NCBI RefSeq assembly: GCF_001194135.2
Contig: NC_068997.1
Span: 5,408,616 to 5,472,615 of the forward strand
Source: Octopus bimaculoides
Taxonomy: Eukaryota
Reading direction: 5' to 3'
DNA: 64,000 nt
The notes under the pieces were generated by a model. It did not search any database. It was given only the letters and a program-made list of their open reading frames with translations, and was not told the DNA's origin. This document shows positions 12,630-26,147 of this stretch, one piece after another. Both the position numbers and the translations under genes were made by a program. Numbering within the stretch: position 1 is the stretch's first letter; each line of letters opens with the position of its first letter.

Positions 12630-14779
12630 CTGCAATGAAGAAAGAGAATGAATCTATCAGAGGTGGCTTCATCATACAAACAGAACTGTAGTAAAAATAA
12701 ATAAATGAATAAATAAATAAAAATGCAGTAAGGGAAATAATTTAAAGAGGTAAAAGGTATAAATTTGGACAAATGAGTCAGTACTGTGTGTCATATGCAA
12801 AATATTTTCAGCTAAAATTTACCACTTAGTTGGAGAAAAAATTTTTTAATGGCAATTGGAAACTACACTCCTAAAAGAGGAAATGATTTTAAAAAAAAAT
12901 TAATTTCTCAGTTATTTTATACACGTTATGAAGAGGTCCCTTTTGTCAGGTTGAGGACAAAAAAAAGCAACACCTCTCTAGGGCTGATGCCACAAAAACA
13001 AAAACAAAAAAGCATTGAGTATACTTCATAAAACATTGTTAGGAAAGAGCATCTAGCCACAGAAACCAAGGCAAAACTGAAATGAAATGAGATGAAATCA
13101 TCTGACCTATCCAGGTGAGCAGTACCCATGAATATGTGCTGACTTCCATGATGACAACCCATCAAACCCATGCCAGCCTGGGAACTAGATGTATAATGAC
13201 AATGATATTGGGAAAGTCTGAACTTTGTTTGAAGGCAAGGGACAATTAAGGAAATGTCTCAGTCTATTAGGTTTCATTGGCACAGTATATACTTTATGAT
13301 GTATAAACTATAGCATATAATTACTTCAAAACTGCTCGATTAGTTGACAGAGATTCTTACATAAAAGAAAGTAATATTTTTTTTTAGTATAATTTGCATA
13401 ATTAAACCATGAGCCAGGTGAAATTATTCAAACGAGCCAATGGCATGAATATGGATAAGTTAAAGAGTGATGCATTGAATGCAATGTGCAAAAATTTTAA
13501 TTAATTATAATACCTTTGTTGTTAGTGACCTCTAAACAAACTGGGCAATGATTTCAAGGAATTAGGAATTAATCTCTCAAAGTTCAATTATACATACTTA
13601 GAGGAAGGAAAGTATAAGCCTTGTTTGCTGGCAAAGGTGACAATTATGAAAAATTCCACTGCAAAAGAGTGACTTGCTCAAGGACAAAATGTACCACTCA
13701 ATGTAAAAATCAAACTCACAACCTCTCAATTCTAAGCCCAATACCTCAACCATTGGGTCACACATTATCATTTGCAGGACAATCAACAGTAAATATAGCC
13801 AAGAGTTTATTAACTAATTTATAAAGCAGAGTTCTTGACTGATTGACTGACACAGAAACAGTACAGTGCATAAAATACATAAAATGTAATACATAAAATA
13901 TAAAATAGGCAACATTTACAAGTGAACCAGTAGTTGGTAGATATAGCACATGCACACAATTACCATCATTTTCATTTTAACATCCACTTCTCCATGCTTG
14001 AATAGTTAAAACAGAATTCTTTGAGGCAGATTTTCTACAGCTGGCTATCTTTTCTGTTATCAACCATCATCTATTTCAAAGCAAAGTAATGACCAGACAT
14101 GTTTTCCTTGGAAGACTGGAAACAAGGACCACTTGTAGAGGATAGACCAAAAGTCACAAAGAGGTTGCACTCACAAAGATCTGATTGGACAGGGGCTATA
14201 GCAGAAGACATTTGCTCAAGCTGCTGCACTTGACAACCACATTGATGGGAAGCAAGCTGCTTCTGAAACACACAGCCAGGGACAGAGAACATTAAGGTGC
14301 TTACATTCTTGTACACAATATTAAAGCAGAACTTGTGAAGGAATGGAAAAACAAATTGTTCACATTCTGTTACACACACATTTTTTTAACCACAGAAAAC
14401 ATGCATTATAACATGCTACATTCTGGTACTGGTGTAACATAAACAGCATCCAGTACACACAGGGGAGTGGTTGGTGTTAGAAAGAACACCCAGCTGTAAA
14501 AAACATACCAGAACAGACAATGGAGCCTGGTGCAACCCCTGGCCTTATCAGCTCTGGTCAAACCATCCAATCCATACCAGCATGGAAAACAGACATTAAA
14601 TGAGGATGATGATTCCCCCAATTGTTGTATTTATTTCTACAAATCTTGAATATAGAGGTTCAGAAATACCGAAATGACTATTATTGTGATACTGCTCATT
14701 ACAATACAGGAATTGTTATCATCATAAATTTTATGTTCTTTTCTTTGCTTGGATGGGTTGGACAGATCTTCTCCAGCAC

Positions 14780-15030
14780 AGTAGCCCAACACTTATCACA
14801 GTTACTCATCTCCTCCATGAAGTCAAATCTGACATCCGTGCTCACCATTGTTGCTCATGTTATCCCAGGTCTTTCTCTTCTGCAGTGCCAGCTGGGTCAA
14901 GAAGTACCAAGTGGCTCAAGTGGATCACTTGGCACTTCTTTACCCAACTATCATTCATCATGCACATCATACATCCACTCCAGTGCAGTTTCTTCTCTCG
15001 TACACTACAACTGATTTCTCATGCATCTAG
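14780..15030 (-). mobile_element. Highly decayed RTE LINE tail
   Basis: Resembles the 22636-22830 tail (ggtaaagaagtgcc...agaaagacctggg...gtgctggagaag on the minus strand). Confidence 0.5.
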
Positions 15031-15594
15031 TTTGTCTCAGTTTATTTGTACTCTGTTGTTCATGCACACTAACATTACACATGCACCCAGTAACATATAC
15101 ACAGTAAAGTATACTGGGTGTTGGAAAGGCATCCAACCATAGAAACCATATCAAAAAAGGAATGTATGAGTAACTACAAATCAGAACCATCTTGGACCAT
15201 GACAACATATCCAATCCAAGCTAATATGGAACACTATAAAATGATATGAGAGTATTCTATAGAGCATATCACAGAAAACCTCTCCACTGTTAGACCAGTA
15301 CTTCATTTGACTGACTGGTACTTGATTTTTTTCAGAAGAATGGAATGCAAAGTTGATCTTGTGTGAATTTTGCACTCAGAACATAAAGAGCTGAAACTAA
15401 ATACTGCAAGACATTTTTATCTGTTTATAATGATTCTGCAAATTTACCACTTTGTTTGAAAAAATTGTTTGAAATTAAAATGATGTCCTCATTCCTTAAA
15501 TTTTCTCTCACTTACACCACTAGGTTTAGAATCCATAGCTTCAGCAGACAGCTTTTACAAACAAAAAGGAAAGAAGATGAAAAGGAGAGCTTAC

Positions 15595-15716
15595 TTGAGT
15601 TTATCAAAGCAAGAATCACAGACTCGCACTTCACGTTCTATCCCAAAGCGAGGAATGGTTGATACTTTTGAAGAGCATTTACTACACATTACTTCTCCAC
15701 AGTTGCGGCAATGGTG
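15595..15716 (-). CDS. HGS: HGS coding exon 7, FYVE core ([41 protein letters not shown])
   Basis: ttttttctag|CAC CAT TGC CGC...CTC AA|gtaagc, 122 nt. Completes the RKHHCR and RVC motifs and the 8 Zn-binding cysteines. Confidence 0.97.
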
Positions 15717-16281
15717 CTAGAAAAAAACAAAATAGAACTAAAAAGTCTGCTGTCACAGTTTTCATTATATAATTACTTTTCATTGATTATAATTAAATTA
15801 AATCATTACGAATATGATTTGTATTTTTTTCTTTTTAATAACTTTTCTCACATGCAAGATTAGTAATTGGAACAAATGCATCAAAAGAAAAAGAAATTTT
15901 TTCCACATCTTATGCATGTTACAGAAAAACAGTTAAATAGAGAGAAGTCCATAATTTGTAACTAATCACTGGTGCTATGCTGTGTCTATGGCCAGAACAT
16001 TTAACTTTCAAATAGCAGGTTAATAACATTTTAAATTTAGGAAGTACTATAAAAGAGATGTAGTATCTATGGAGCACTGCTGCATGAATAAAATATAGAT
16101 TCTATGGAGCACTATTATGTAGAGTCTAGGATGTACTATGGGTGAGATAGCATGTAGGGTGGTCATGGATAATATGCAGTCCTTTTGACTTCCTGTATGA
16201 AACAATTTCCTGATAATACTAACAAAACTTTTTCCAGAGTTGTTTGCTAAAATAGTCAAATCAAATATGAGTAAATACATT

Positions 16282-17124
16282 GGTGTGGCCTGAATTATGA
16301 GGATCAATACCTTGTGTGGTCTGAATTATGAGGATCAATACCTTGTGTGGCCTGAATTATGAGGATCAATACCTTGTGTGGCCTGAATTATGAGGATCAA
16401 GNNNNNNNNNNNNNNNNNNNNNNNNNNNNNNNNNNNNNNNNNNNNNNNNNNNNNNNNNNNNNNNNNNNNNNNNNNNNNNNNNNNNNNNNNNNNNNNNNNN
16501 NNNNNNNNNNNNNNNNNNNNNNNNNNNNNNNNNNNNNNNNNNNNNNNNNNNNNNNNNNNNNNNNNNNNNNNNNNNNNNNNNNNNNNNNNNNNNNNNNNNN
16601 NNNNNNNNNNNNNNNNNNNNNNNNNNNNNNNNNNNNNNNNNNNNNNNNNNNNNNNNNNNNNNNNNNNNNNNNNNNNNNNNNNNNNNNNNNNNNNNNNNNN
16701 NNNNNNNNNNNNNNNNNNNNNNNNNNNNNNNNNNNNNNNNNNNNNNNNNNNNNNNNNNNNNNNNNNNNNNNNNNNNNNNNNNNNNNNNNNNNNNNNNNNN
16801 NNNNNNNNNNNNNNNNNNNNNNNNNNNNNNNNNNNNNNNNNNNNCTGAATTATGAGGATCAATACCTTGTGTGGCCTGAATTATGAGGATCAATACCTTG
16901 TGTGGTCTGAATTATGAGGATCAATACCTTGTGTGGCCTGAATTATGAGGATCAATACCTTGTGTGGTCTGAATTATGAGGATCAATACCTTGTGTGGTC
17001 TGAATTATGAGGATCAATACCTTGTGTGGCCTGAATTATGAGGATCAATACCTTGTGTGGCCTGAATTATGAGGATCAAGACCTTGTGTGGCCTGAATTA
17101 TGAGGATCAATACCTTGTGTGGTC
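16282..17124. repeat. 31-bp minisatellite (ctgaattatgaggatcaataccttgtgtggY)n spanning a gap
   Basis: Unit starts at 16290, 16321 and 16352. About 4 copies lie before and 9 after the N run 16402-16844. Confidence 0.97.
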
Positions 17125-17204
17125 TGCTGGTCAAACAAAGTTGCCCATATCTGGGTATTGAGTGATATAGCATCTGGAAGGCACTCTCAATGAGATGAAG
17201 AATG

Positions 17205-17395
17205 TGGGTGAGATATAGGGTCTACAAGGTACTATGGGTGAACTGTTGGGTTTATAAGTACTATGGATGAGATATAGGGTCTACAAGATACTATGGACAA
17301 GATTTAGGGTCTATAAGGTATTATGGATGAGCTGTGGGGTCCTATAAAAGTACTATAGACAAGATGTAGGGTTTATGAGGTATATGGATGAGACA
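17205..17395. repeat. Degenerate ~30-bp tandem repeat (gatatagggtctacaaggtactatgg-like)
   Basis: About 6 diverged copies; related units occur at about 16050-16170. Confidence 0.7.
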
Positions 17396-18286
17396 TAAAC
17401 CCTTAAAGGTGATGGATTAAAAGAGTTAAGGAACAACTACTCAAAAATCAGTGAATATGTATGAATAACATTTGTTGCTCATCCAAAGTTTCATGTTAAG
17501 AGAGAGAATGATTTATTCATTGGGGCAAATTCTTTTTTTACAGTTTAGGCATCAGTCCCTTCTTGCCACTAACCACTCAACTCTGAAGTAGGGTTTCTTT
17601 GTTTTGTTTCAATAACTCAGAGTGAGGTGCTATTTCTCAGAGGCACGGCACAATGTGCCATAGATATGAACATATATGGTCAGTTGTCCAACACAATCAG
17701 TGCTTAAATCATTTGCACAGGAGAAACAATCAGCTTTTCAATCTTGGATCTGTTACACAGTGTGTATGTTGTTCAGTATTATAAGGAGATGATGGGGTAT
17801 AGCAATCTTATAGGGTAAGTGGTATTGAAGTGAGAAGCACTAGGGTGATACACTGTTATAGGAAAGGGTGCAGTGGGGTAATACTGTGTTTCAGGGTATA
17901 AGGTACTGAGTGGTGCTACTGCATAGACATTATAGGATGGATGGTATTGTGGTGATGTTATAGAGTAGATATTAATGTGGTAGTAGTATTATAGGGTAGA
18001 TAATACTGGAGATGAAGTATGAAACTGACCGAAAAACTTTGGGATTCATCATTTCTGTTTTAATATCCACTTTTCAAAGCTTGCATAGGTTGAACAGAAT
18101 TTGTTAAGATAGATTTTCTATAACTGGATACCCTTCCTGTTGCAAACCCTCACTTGTTTTCAAGAAAGATATTTCCCCATGGCGGAACATGTTTTCACAG
18201 AAGATTGGAAATGAAGGGGACTGTTTGAATGATTGATGGTGACACTCATTTACAGCAATTATGCAATGTTAAGAGAAGTAGACACC

Positions 18287-18341
<55 letters not shown>

Positions 18342-18522
18342 CATGCAGTGGGACTGATCTCAGAACCAAGTGTTTTGAAAGCAAGCTTGTTAACCACACA
18401 ACTATGCCTATTTCTTGTATAAAATAGAAAATGCTACTCCAGGTCCCACCCCACCCTAAAAAAAGAGACCTATATAAACCAATGCAGGAAAAAAAAATGA
18501 AATAAAGCCAAAATAAACGTAC

Positions 18523-18644
18523 CTTTCTTTGAACAACACTGAATCCCACACGGCAACGAGTACAACACTCACCATCTTTCCATTCTGGTGCCTTTTCTGC
18601 CACAAACATTGCATCAGCTTCTTTTAAAGCAGGAAACGTATAAC
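18523..18644 (-). CDS. HGS: HGS coding exon 6, linker and start of FYVE (YTFPALKEADAMFVAEKAPEWKDGECCTRCRVGFSVVQRK)
   Basis: cattgtag|GT TAT...AGA AAG|gtacgt, 122 nt. Aligns to human FPEFKESDAMFAAERAPDWVDAEECHRCRVQFGVMTRK; lies inside ORF 18259..18660. Confidence 0.97.
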
Positions 18645-18789
18645 CTACAATGTAAGACAATTTAATGTGATGTGTAGTTAGTAAAATTACTTCATTAACT
18701 TAAAACTTTGTAGCTGAAAATGGTAATTGCTTTGTGATATTTAATGAACTAACAAGGTTATTTTTCCACATTGACGGGGAAATTGATGC

Positions 18790-19330
18790 TTCACTTCATG
18801 CTCTTGCTTGATGAAGCTGGGGTCATCCCAAGTCAGTGGTCCCAGAGATTTTCTTATCGATAGAGCTGACTGGGTCCACCAGTGATGTCCATCAATAGCA
18901 GTCCCATGTCAGTCCCTCTGCATCCTCCGAGGTGACATTGAGCTTCTGGTGATCTTCCCCAATCACATCCAACCATCTGGTCCATGGCCTGCCACGAGGC
19001 CTCTTCCAGACCACAGCTTTTGTATCAAATGAGAATAAAGTCCTTGTAGGATGATCTAGCATGAGACAGAGGACATGTCCATACCAGTGCTATGAGGTGG
19101 GTGGCTATGGGCTGATGTGTGCACACATGCATTTCTTTGTTGGAAACATGATGGTACCATCTGATGTTCTTGATGGTTTTCAGGGCTCTGCTATCAAAGT
19201 TACCAAATCTCTGTTTATTCAAGGAATTGAAGCAAGGTTGTTTATTTTTGGAGAGTGATATCTGATAGAGCCAATAAGGTGCAGGACTACCAACCAAAAG
19301 ATCAGTGGTTCGTGTCACATTCCCAATACA
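18790..19330 (-). mobile_element. Degenerate RTE-like LINE 3' fragment
   Basis: Minus strand reads WYGHV...KRPRGRPWTRWLDVIGED. Confidence 0.7.
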
Positions 19331-19921
19331 GTATAAATAACTAAGACACCTTTTTGTTCTGCCTAATTTTGTATAATTAGTAGGATTAATAGAGGAAAAT
19401 ACCTTTAACCCTAACATTCTCCAAGTCTTTCTAGGATGAAAGATAGGGATAATTGATTGTAGAGTGAAATTAGTGTAGTTAATACCTAATCAGAACTTTT
19501 GTGAAGGTCTGAAGGCGACATCTGTGAAAAGAGTGGCGGCTGAAGGGGACATTTGTGAATAGTTAGTCAGGTTTTGGTGATAAGAGGATGACAAGAGGAA
19601 TTGCAATGATTTGTTTTTCTTTGTAAAAAATGTGAGGTGGGAAAGGGGCAGTGTCCATGACCTTTGTATGGTGATGTGACCACATTCACAGACTGGTGAG
19701 GCTAATATGACTGATGAATAACTTGAACATTTATAGGTCACAATGTTCAAAGGAAAAGTGAGGTTCAATGAGAGAATTCCAGAGAGTTGCAATTCCAAAG
19801 AGGAAGGTCTGAGAAGTAATGTATGAATTGAGTGGGTTAAAGTTGGTTTGTTCAGTAGATGAAGATTAACACAAAATAACTAGATGATGATGGCATTGAA
19901 GATGTCAAAATAATGACTCAC

Positions 19922-20042
19922 CCTCCATTTTCATTAAATGGTATGTGTCTTGCACTGCTTTGTAGCTGGGTTCATTGCGGAAAGCATGTGACCATACCTG
20001 GATCAGTTCCAATATTTTCTCTTTGACAGGGGGTGGTCTTGT
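19922..20042 (-). CDS. HGS: HGS coding exon 5, end of VHS (TRPPPVKEKILELIQVWSHAFRNEPSYKAVQDTYHLMKME-G)
   Basis: ttctttccag|ACA...GAG G|gtgagt, 121 nt. Aligns to human KILYLIQAWAHAFRNEPKYKVVQDTYQIMKVEG. Confidence 0.96.
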
Positions 20043-21068
20043 CTGGAAAGAATGAACAGAACATACAGAGAACAGTGAAATACTTTCCTATCTATAATGA
20101 AAATGCATTATTATAGATTATTACAGGTTATTACAGACTGGCAGTAGCATTGCTACAAATTCTTACAGGCTGGCTATAGCATTGTTACAGGTTATGATAG
20201 ATGGACAGTAGCATGGTTACAAGTATTACACACTGACAGTGCATGGATGTGAGTGTGTGATGTCTATGCATGTGTACATGTGTGGGCTGACATGTGGGTG
20301 AGGGATGATGGTATTAGCTTGATGCATATGTGCATGTTGTAGGGGAAGCATACGTATGGGTGCAGGTGTGTATCAGCCATGTGTGAATACTCCAGTGCAC
20401 AGACCTGCAGGTGTATACATCAACTGTGTATATCAGCTGCATGTGGTTGGTTGTATGAGCATGCGTGTGAATACATGTGCATTAGTGCCTGCTGTATATG
20501 TGTGTGAATGTGTTTAGGATGCATGTATAGGTACATGTGCATATGGATGATTGATGAACACAAGTATATACATTCTTTTATTTGTATGTGAACATATGTA
20601 TGTGTTTGTTTGGAAGAACATACATACATGTGTGAACATATATATGCATGCTTTTGATACTTGTGTGTGTGAGCATGATAGATATATGCTGGAGTTTGTG
20701 TATCTCTTCATTCAATAAAACAAGCCTGAATGAGCTATGTTTCTGAAAATCTAAGATGCATGGAGCTGAAGCAAACAGTTTTAAATAAGATGCAACTCCT
20801 ACTAAATGTGTTAAATGCCTTTTCTTCCATATGTCCACTCACTTGTATATCACCATCATTTAACATTCATTCTCCATCCTGGTAGTGCTCGTTTGATAGT
20901 TATTTTATTGACCCCAGAGGGATGAAAGGCAAAGATGATCGCAGCAGAATTTGAACATAGAAAATATGCTTAGTATTTATTCCGGCTCTTTGTTTTAACA
21001 CTAAGAATTCTGCTAGTTCACCACCTTCACAAGTATGAAGCAATACTAAGCAAACTAGAAAGCAATAC

Positions 21069-21161
21069 CTTGACTTGTTCCTTCAGAAACTCCATGAACT
21101 CTTTGGAAGCAACTTCTTGGTGAATCAATGAGGAGCAATTCTTTACACAGGACTCCAGTGT
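21069..21161 (-). CDS. HGS: HGS coding exon 4, VHS domain (TLESCVKNCSSLIHQEVASKEFMEFLKEQVK)
   Basis: ctgttacag|ACA...AAG|gtattg, 93 nt. Contains the VHS motif LEsCVKNC. Confidence 0.96.
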
Positions 21162-21360
21162 CTGTAACAGAAAACAAAACCTTTTATTTCACATCATTGA
21201 TAGGATTACATATGGAATTGAACTCAATTCTTGCTCTTTAGTGTCATACATACACAATATGCACATGATGAATGTTGCCAAAATGCAAATAAGCGCACAC
21301 ATGCTCAAACACACACTCAGACAAATATTGCGAAAATACAAATATGCACACATATGCACA

Positions 21361-21694
21361 AAGAAGCATGTCTTCAAAGGAACAAAGCCATCAACAGGGG
21401 AAATGACAGCAATGTCACCACTTGCAGCTGGCTGATTTTCGGTGAAGCTCAAATGTCAACGCACGCACGCACGCACAATTTGAAACCTTAACACAGTTTA
21501 GATGATCAATAAGTAACAATCAATAACTGAAATCTCTTTATAAACACAATATGGACATTTTACAAAATAGAAAAAAGCGTGCGTGCGTGCGTTTGTTAAC
21601 ATTTGAGCTTCACCGAAAATCAGCCAGCTGCAAGTGGTGACATTGCTGTCATTTCCCCTGTTGATGGCTTTGTTCCTTTGAAGACATGCTTCTT
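21361..21694. repeat. Perfect 96-bp inverted repeat with 142-bp spacer in HGS intron 3
   Basis: 21361-21456 is the exact reverse complement of 21599-21694. (gcac)n/(gtgc)n tracts extend the pairing inward. Confidence 0.95.
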
Positions 21695-22635
21695 AAGAAG
21701 CATTATAAGGTATGTTTCTTTCCCCTACTCTTTTCCCATCTTGCAAGTTGCTTGGTGACCTCACTCGTGCCAGGAGCATGAGAATGACAAAAGCACCCAG
21801 TACACACTGTGAAATGATTGGTGTCAGGAGGGGTATCCAGCCATAGAAACCATATCAGAGCAGACATTGGAATGAGATGCAACTCTGCAGCCTACCAAAT
21901 CCTGTCAAACCATCCAACCTATGCAATCATGAGAAACAGATGCAAAACGGTGATAATGATGATGGTTAATACCATGAAGGTTATCCAGCTGTAAAACACT
22001 ATCACAATAATGTGTATCTGACCCATGTTAATAAAGGAAAACGGACATAAAAACAAATATCTATAAATTAATTGTGAAATTTTATTTCACTAGCATTATA
22101 ATATTGATATAAACAATGTTAATGTAACAAGCTATTGTAGAGTGTAGTGGGCGCTTTTACGTGCCACCAGCATAAAGGTCAGTCAGGCAGTACTGGCAAC
22201 GGCCACGTTCAAAATGGTGTATTTTACGTGCCACCTACACAGGAGCCAGTCCAGTGGCACTGACAACGATCTCGCTCGAATGTCTTTATACATGCCACTG
22301 GCACAAGTGTCAGGAAGGCGACACTGGGTACAGGTGCCATCATGATTTCGCTTTTGCTTGCTCCAACAGGTCTTCGCAAACCGAGTTTAGTGTCCAATGA
22401 AGGAGACGACGTTGGCATGGGTGCCAGCCGATGAATTAAGTTCAATTTCAATTTCANNNNNNNNNNNNNNNNNNNNNNNNNNNNNNNNNNNNNNNNNNNN
22501 NNNNNNNNNNNNNNNNNNNNNNNNNNNNNNNNNNNNNNNNNNNNNNNNNNNNNNNNNNNNNNNNNNNNNNNNNNNNNNNNNNNNNNNNNNNNNNNNNNNN
22601 NNNNNNNNNNNNNNNNNNNNNNNNNNNNNNNNNNN

Positions 22636-23215
22636 GCACAGCATATTTCCATAGGTCTTGGTCAGAAGTCATCGCCTCGGTGAGGCCCAATGTTTGAAGG
22701 TCGTGCCTCACCACCTCATTCCAGGTCTTCCTGGGCCTACCTCTTCCACAGGTTCCCTCAACTGCTAGGATGTGACACTTTTTCACACAGCTATCCTCAT
22801 CCATTCTCGCCACATGACCATACCAGCGCAATCATCTCTCCTGCACACCACAACTGATGCTTCTTAGGTTCAACTTTTCTCTCAAGGTACTTACACTCTG
22901 TCTAGTATGCACACTGACACTACACACCCATCGGAGCATACTGGCTTCATTCCTTGCGAGCCTACGCCATGTAGCATGTTTCACTGCCATGTAGCATAGC
23001 TGTTCGTACACATGCGTCATACAGTCTGCCTTTTACTCTGAGTGAGAGGCCCCTTGTCACCAGCAGAGGTAAGAGCTCTCTGAACTTTGCCCAGGCTATT
23101 CTTATTCTAGCAGCTACACTTTCAGCGCACCCTCCCCTACTACTAACTTGGTCACCTAGATAGCAGAAGCTATCAACTACATCTAGTTTTTCTCCCTGGA
23201 ATGTGGCCAAAGTTG
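22636..23215 (-). mobile_element. RTE-clade LINE 3' fragment
   Basis: Frameshifted ORFs with FCYLG, RIAWAKFREL, LHGSET, RWYGHVARM and GRGRPRKTW. Confidence 0.92.
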
Positions 23216-23601
23216 TTTTCTGCACATTTTCAGTGTTTATTGCTCCTGAACATCTGCATCTATGACAACATAATATCTAGTTTAGAGTCTTGTCTTGCAA
23301 GTTACTTGGTGACCTTACAAGTGCTGGTTCCATATGCAAAGCACCCAGTACACTCTGTAAAGTGGTCAGTATTAAGAAGGGCATCCATCTGTAGAAACTA
23401 CACCAAAGCTGACATTGAGGTTTGGTGCAGTCCTCTGGCTTACTGGCTCCTCTCCAACAGGAAGAAAAAATAGGTGTTAAATGATGATGACATTGCCTTG
23501 CCTTAGGCCATCATCTCTGGATGGCATGGTAGGGACAGCACAACCATGTCTTGGGTATTTGAAATACTAGTCAACTCACCAGATCTGGCCACAGTTGATT
23601 T

Positions 23602-23636
<35 letters not shown>

Positions 23637-24273
23637 CATGTGCGAGTGCGAGTGCGTGAGAGATGTCAACACTAGTGCTTGACTGATATTTTATTCACTC
23701 TGAGAGGATGAAAGGCAGAATTGATACTGACAGGATCTGAACTGAGAGCCTACAAAGATTGAATATTGCAAAGTACTTTCTGATATTCTATTAACCAATT
23801 CACTCTGAGGCAATGATAAGTGACAGAGACCCTTGGAGATATGCTGTGCTGGAGAAGACCCAGGAAGCCAAGTGAGACCATAACCGTGGCCTATGCCAGT
23901 GCTGTATAACCAGCCCATTTAAGAGTACCCTTCAATCATTGGACAATAAACTATGCTTGCGAAGACCTGCTAAGGCAAGTGAAATCGCTGTTGAGGCTGA
24001 TGACAGTACCGCCTGATTGGCACCCGTGCCAGTGGAATGTTAGCACCATTTGAGCATGGCCGATGCCAGTCCCACCTGACTGGCCCTCGTGCTGGTGGCA
24101 CGTAAAAGCACCCACTACAATCACGGAGTGGTTGGTGTTAGGAAGGGCATCCAACTGTAGAAACTTTGTCAGATAAGATTGGAGCCTGGTGCAGCCCTTA
24201 GTCAAAGCGTCCAACCCGTACCAGCATGGAAAGCGGACGTTAAACGATGATGATGAATTCACTATCATACATA

Positions 24274-24305
<32 letters not shown>

Positions 24306-24366
24306 AATGTATATANNNNNNNNNNNNNNNNNNNNNNNNNNNNNNNNNNNNNNNNNNNNNNNNNNN

Positions 24367-24410
<44 letters not shown>

Positions 24411-24963
24411 ATCATCATCTTTTAATCTCCGCTTTCCATGCTGGCATGGGTTGGACGGTTTAAAAACTGAAGGAAGGATTCTTGTGAAACACTGGACTCA
24501 AGAGTTCTCTGATGTTACCAGTCTTTTACTGGTCAACATAAAGAATAGATAACACAATGTTGTGTCAATCAGGTGGGCCACATCAGCAATTTTGATTTGT
24601 TGACACTTGCCTCAATAGGTCTTCACAAGTAAAGTTCATTGTCCAATGAATGAGGGGTACTCATAAGTAGGCCGGTTACACCCCACGTTCGGATGTACTT
24701 TTAATGTTCCACTGGCACAAGTGCCAATCAGTGGTACTGTCATTGGCCACATCAGCAATTTTGATATATATTCATATATTCCAACAAAGTTGATTTTGCC
24801 TTTCAACATTTTGGGGTCAAATGTAATTGACTAGCCCTATATGTCAAAATTTCAGGTGTTGCAACTGTAGCAGAAAGAATACACACATACACATATATCT
24901 ATTTATAGTTGGCAAAGCTAAAAATCAAAATCAAACAATAATGAAAATTATCAACAAAGTTAC

Positions 24964-25039
24964 CTGGAGTGCAAACATTGCAACATGAGGATTATCAACA
25001 GCTAATTTCTTCTTGATTGCAGTCAGGGCATATTTGGGT
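24964..25039 (-). CDS. HGS: HGS coding exon 3, VHS domain (PKYALTAIKKKLAVDNPHVAMFALQ)
   Basis: ttgttttccag|A CCC...CTC CAG|gtaact, 76 nt. Phases match both neighbours; aligns to human AKYAVNSIKKKVNDKNPHVALYALE. Confidence 0.95.
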
Positions 25040-26147
25040 CTGGAAAACAAAAAGAAAAAGAAATGTTTAACAGACCACCACATTCTAAAAATAAAAACTC
25101 AATAGTTGGATCTAACAGCAGAAAAATAATTTTCACAAATCAGCCATACCTAGTCACATTAAATTGCTTTAGTCTCAGGAAAACTCCAGCCTTTTACATT
25201 TTACTTCAGTTTATCATTTTCATGAAATTTGTAAATGTATCGTTCACCAAAAGTAATATTTTTATAATTAAACATTAGGAACTGTATTAAAAAATTGTTA
25301 AATATCTTGTGTAGTGTAGAAGTATAACAAATTTATTGCACATAAACTTTAACAAAATCTCATATGTACCCTCAAAGGTCATATGGACCCCAGTTGAAAA
25401 CCACTGATTCACATCAAAGCTGCATTACATTCTATAGGCACGGACATGACTGTCTGGTTAAGAAGTTTGCTTCCCAACACGATTTTGGGTTCAGCCCTGC
25501 AGCATGGCACTTTGGGTATGTGTCTTCTGTTATAGTCCTGGGCTAAACAAAGTGTTGAGAGTAGATTTGGTAGATGGAAATTGAAAGCCCATTGTGTATA
25601 TCAATGTGTATGTGTGTGTGCACATTGTGTACATGTGTGTGAAATCTGAATGTCACTCTTTTTCTTGACATAGCATAATAGTTGAAATAAGCATCATTGC
25701 CACACAAACAGTATCATCCATTTCCAATATTTTGCAAAACCATGCCATGGAGAAATATTACCTAGGTTGGAAACAGGTATGGTTTGGTGATAGAAAGGAA
25801 CATACAGTTGTGAAAACTCTGCTTCAACTAAGTGGGACAATCCATGCAAGCACAGAAAAGTTGACATTAATGATGATGATGAACTTAAAGGTGGTGGATT
25901 TAGCTATCTTGGGACTGAACAGAGTCTAACAATAGCTGAACTTGTTATTGTTCAGTTGCAGATCAGACGTTCTCATTAACCTCACTTTTAACCAAAACTC
26001 ATCACAGCAAGACTAGATATAGTTACATCTTTTTATCCTTTATTTATTTCAGTCGCTGTACTGAGTCCATGCTGGGACACTGCCTTGAGTTTTAGTTGAA
26101 CAAATGGACCCCAGTATTTATGTAAATAAAAACATGTCAACACTTAC

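Noticed and set aside
14622-15142. 130-aa overlapping ORFs
   Set aside because: They lie antisense over a SINE and a decayed RTE tail, with no recognisable protein.
16282-17124. 31-bp repeat array as a CRISPR array
   Set aside because: The units are directly contiguous with no unique spacers, there are no cas genes, and the context is a eukaryotic intron.
19480-19860. Possible extra exon or LINE ORF fragment (ORF 19490..19798)
   Set aside because: HGS exons 5 and 6 join in phase without it and no diagnostic motif is recognisable; probably old repeat debris.
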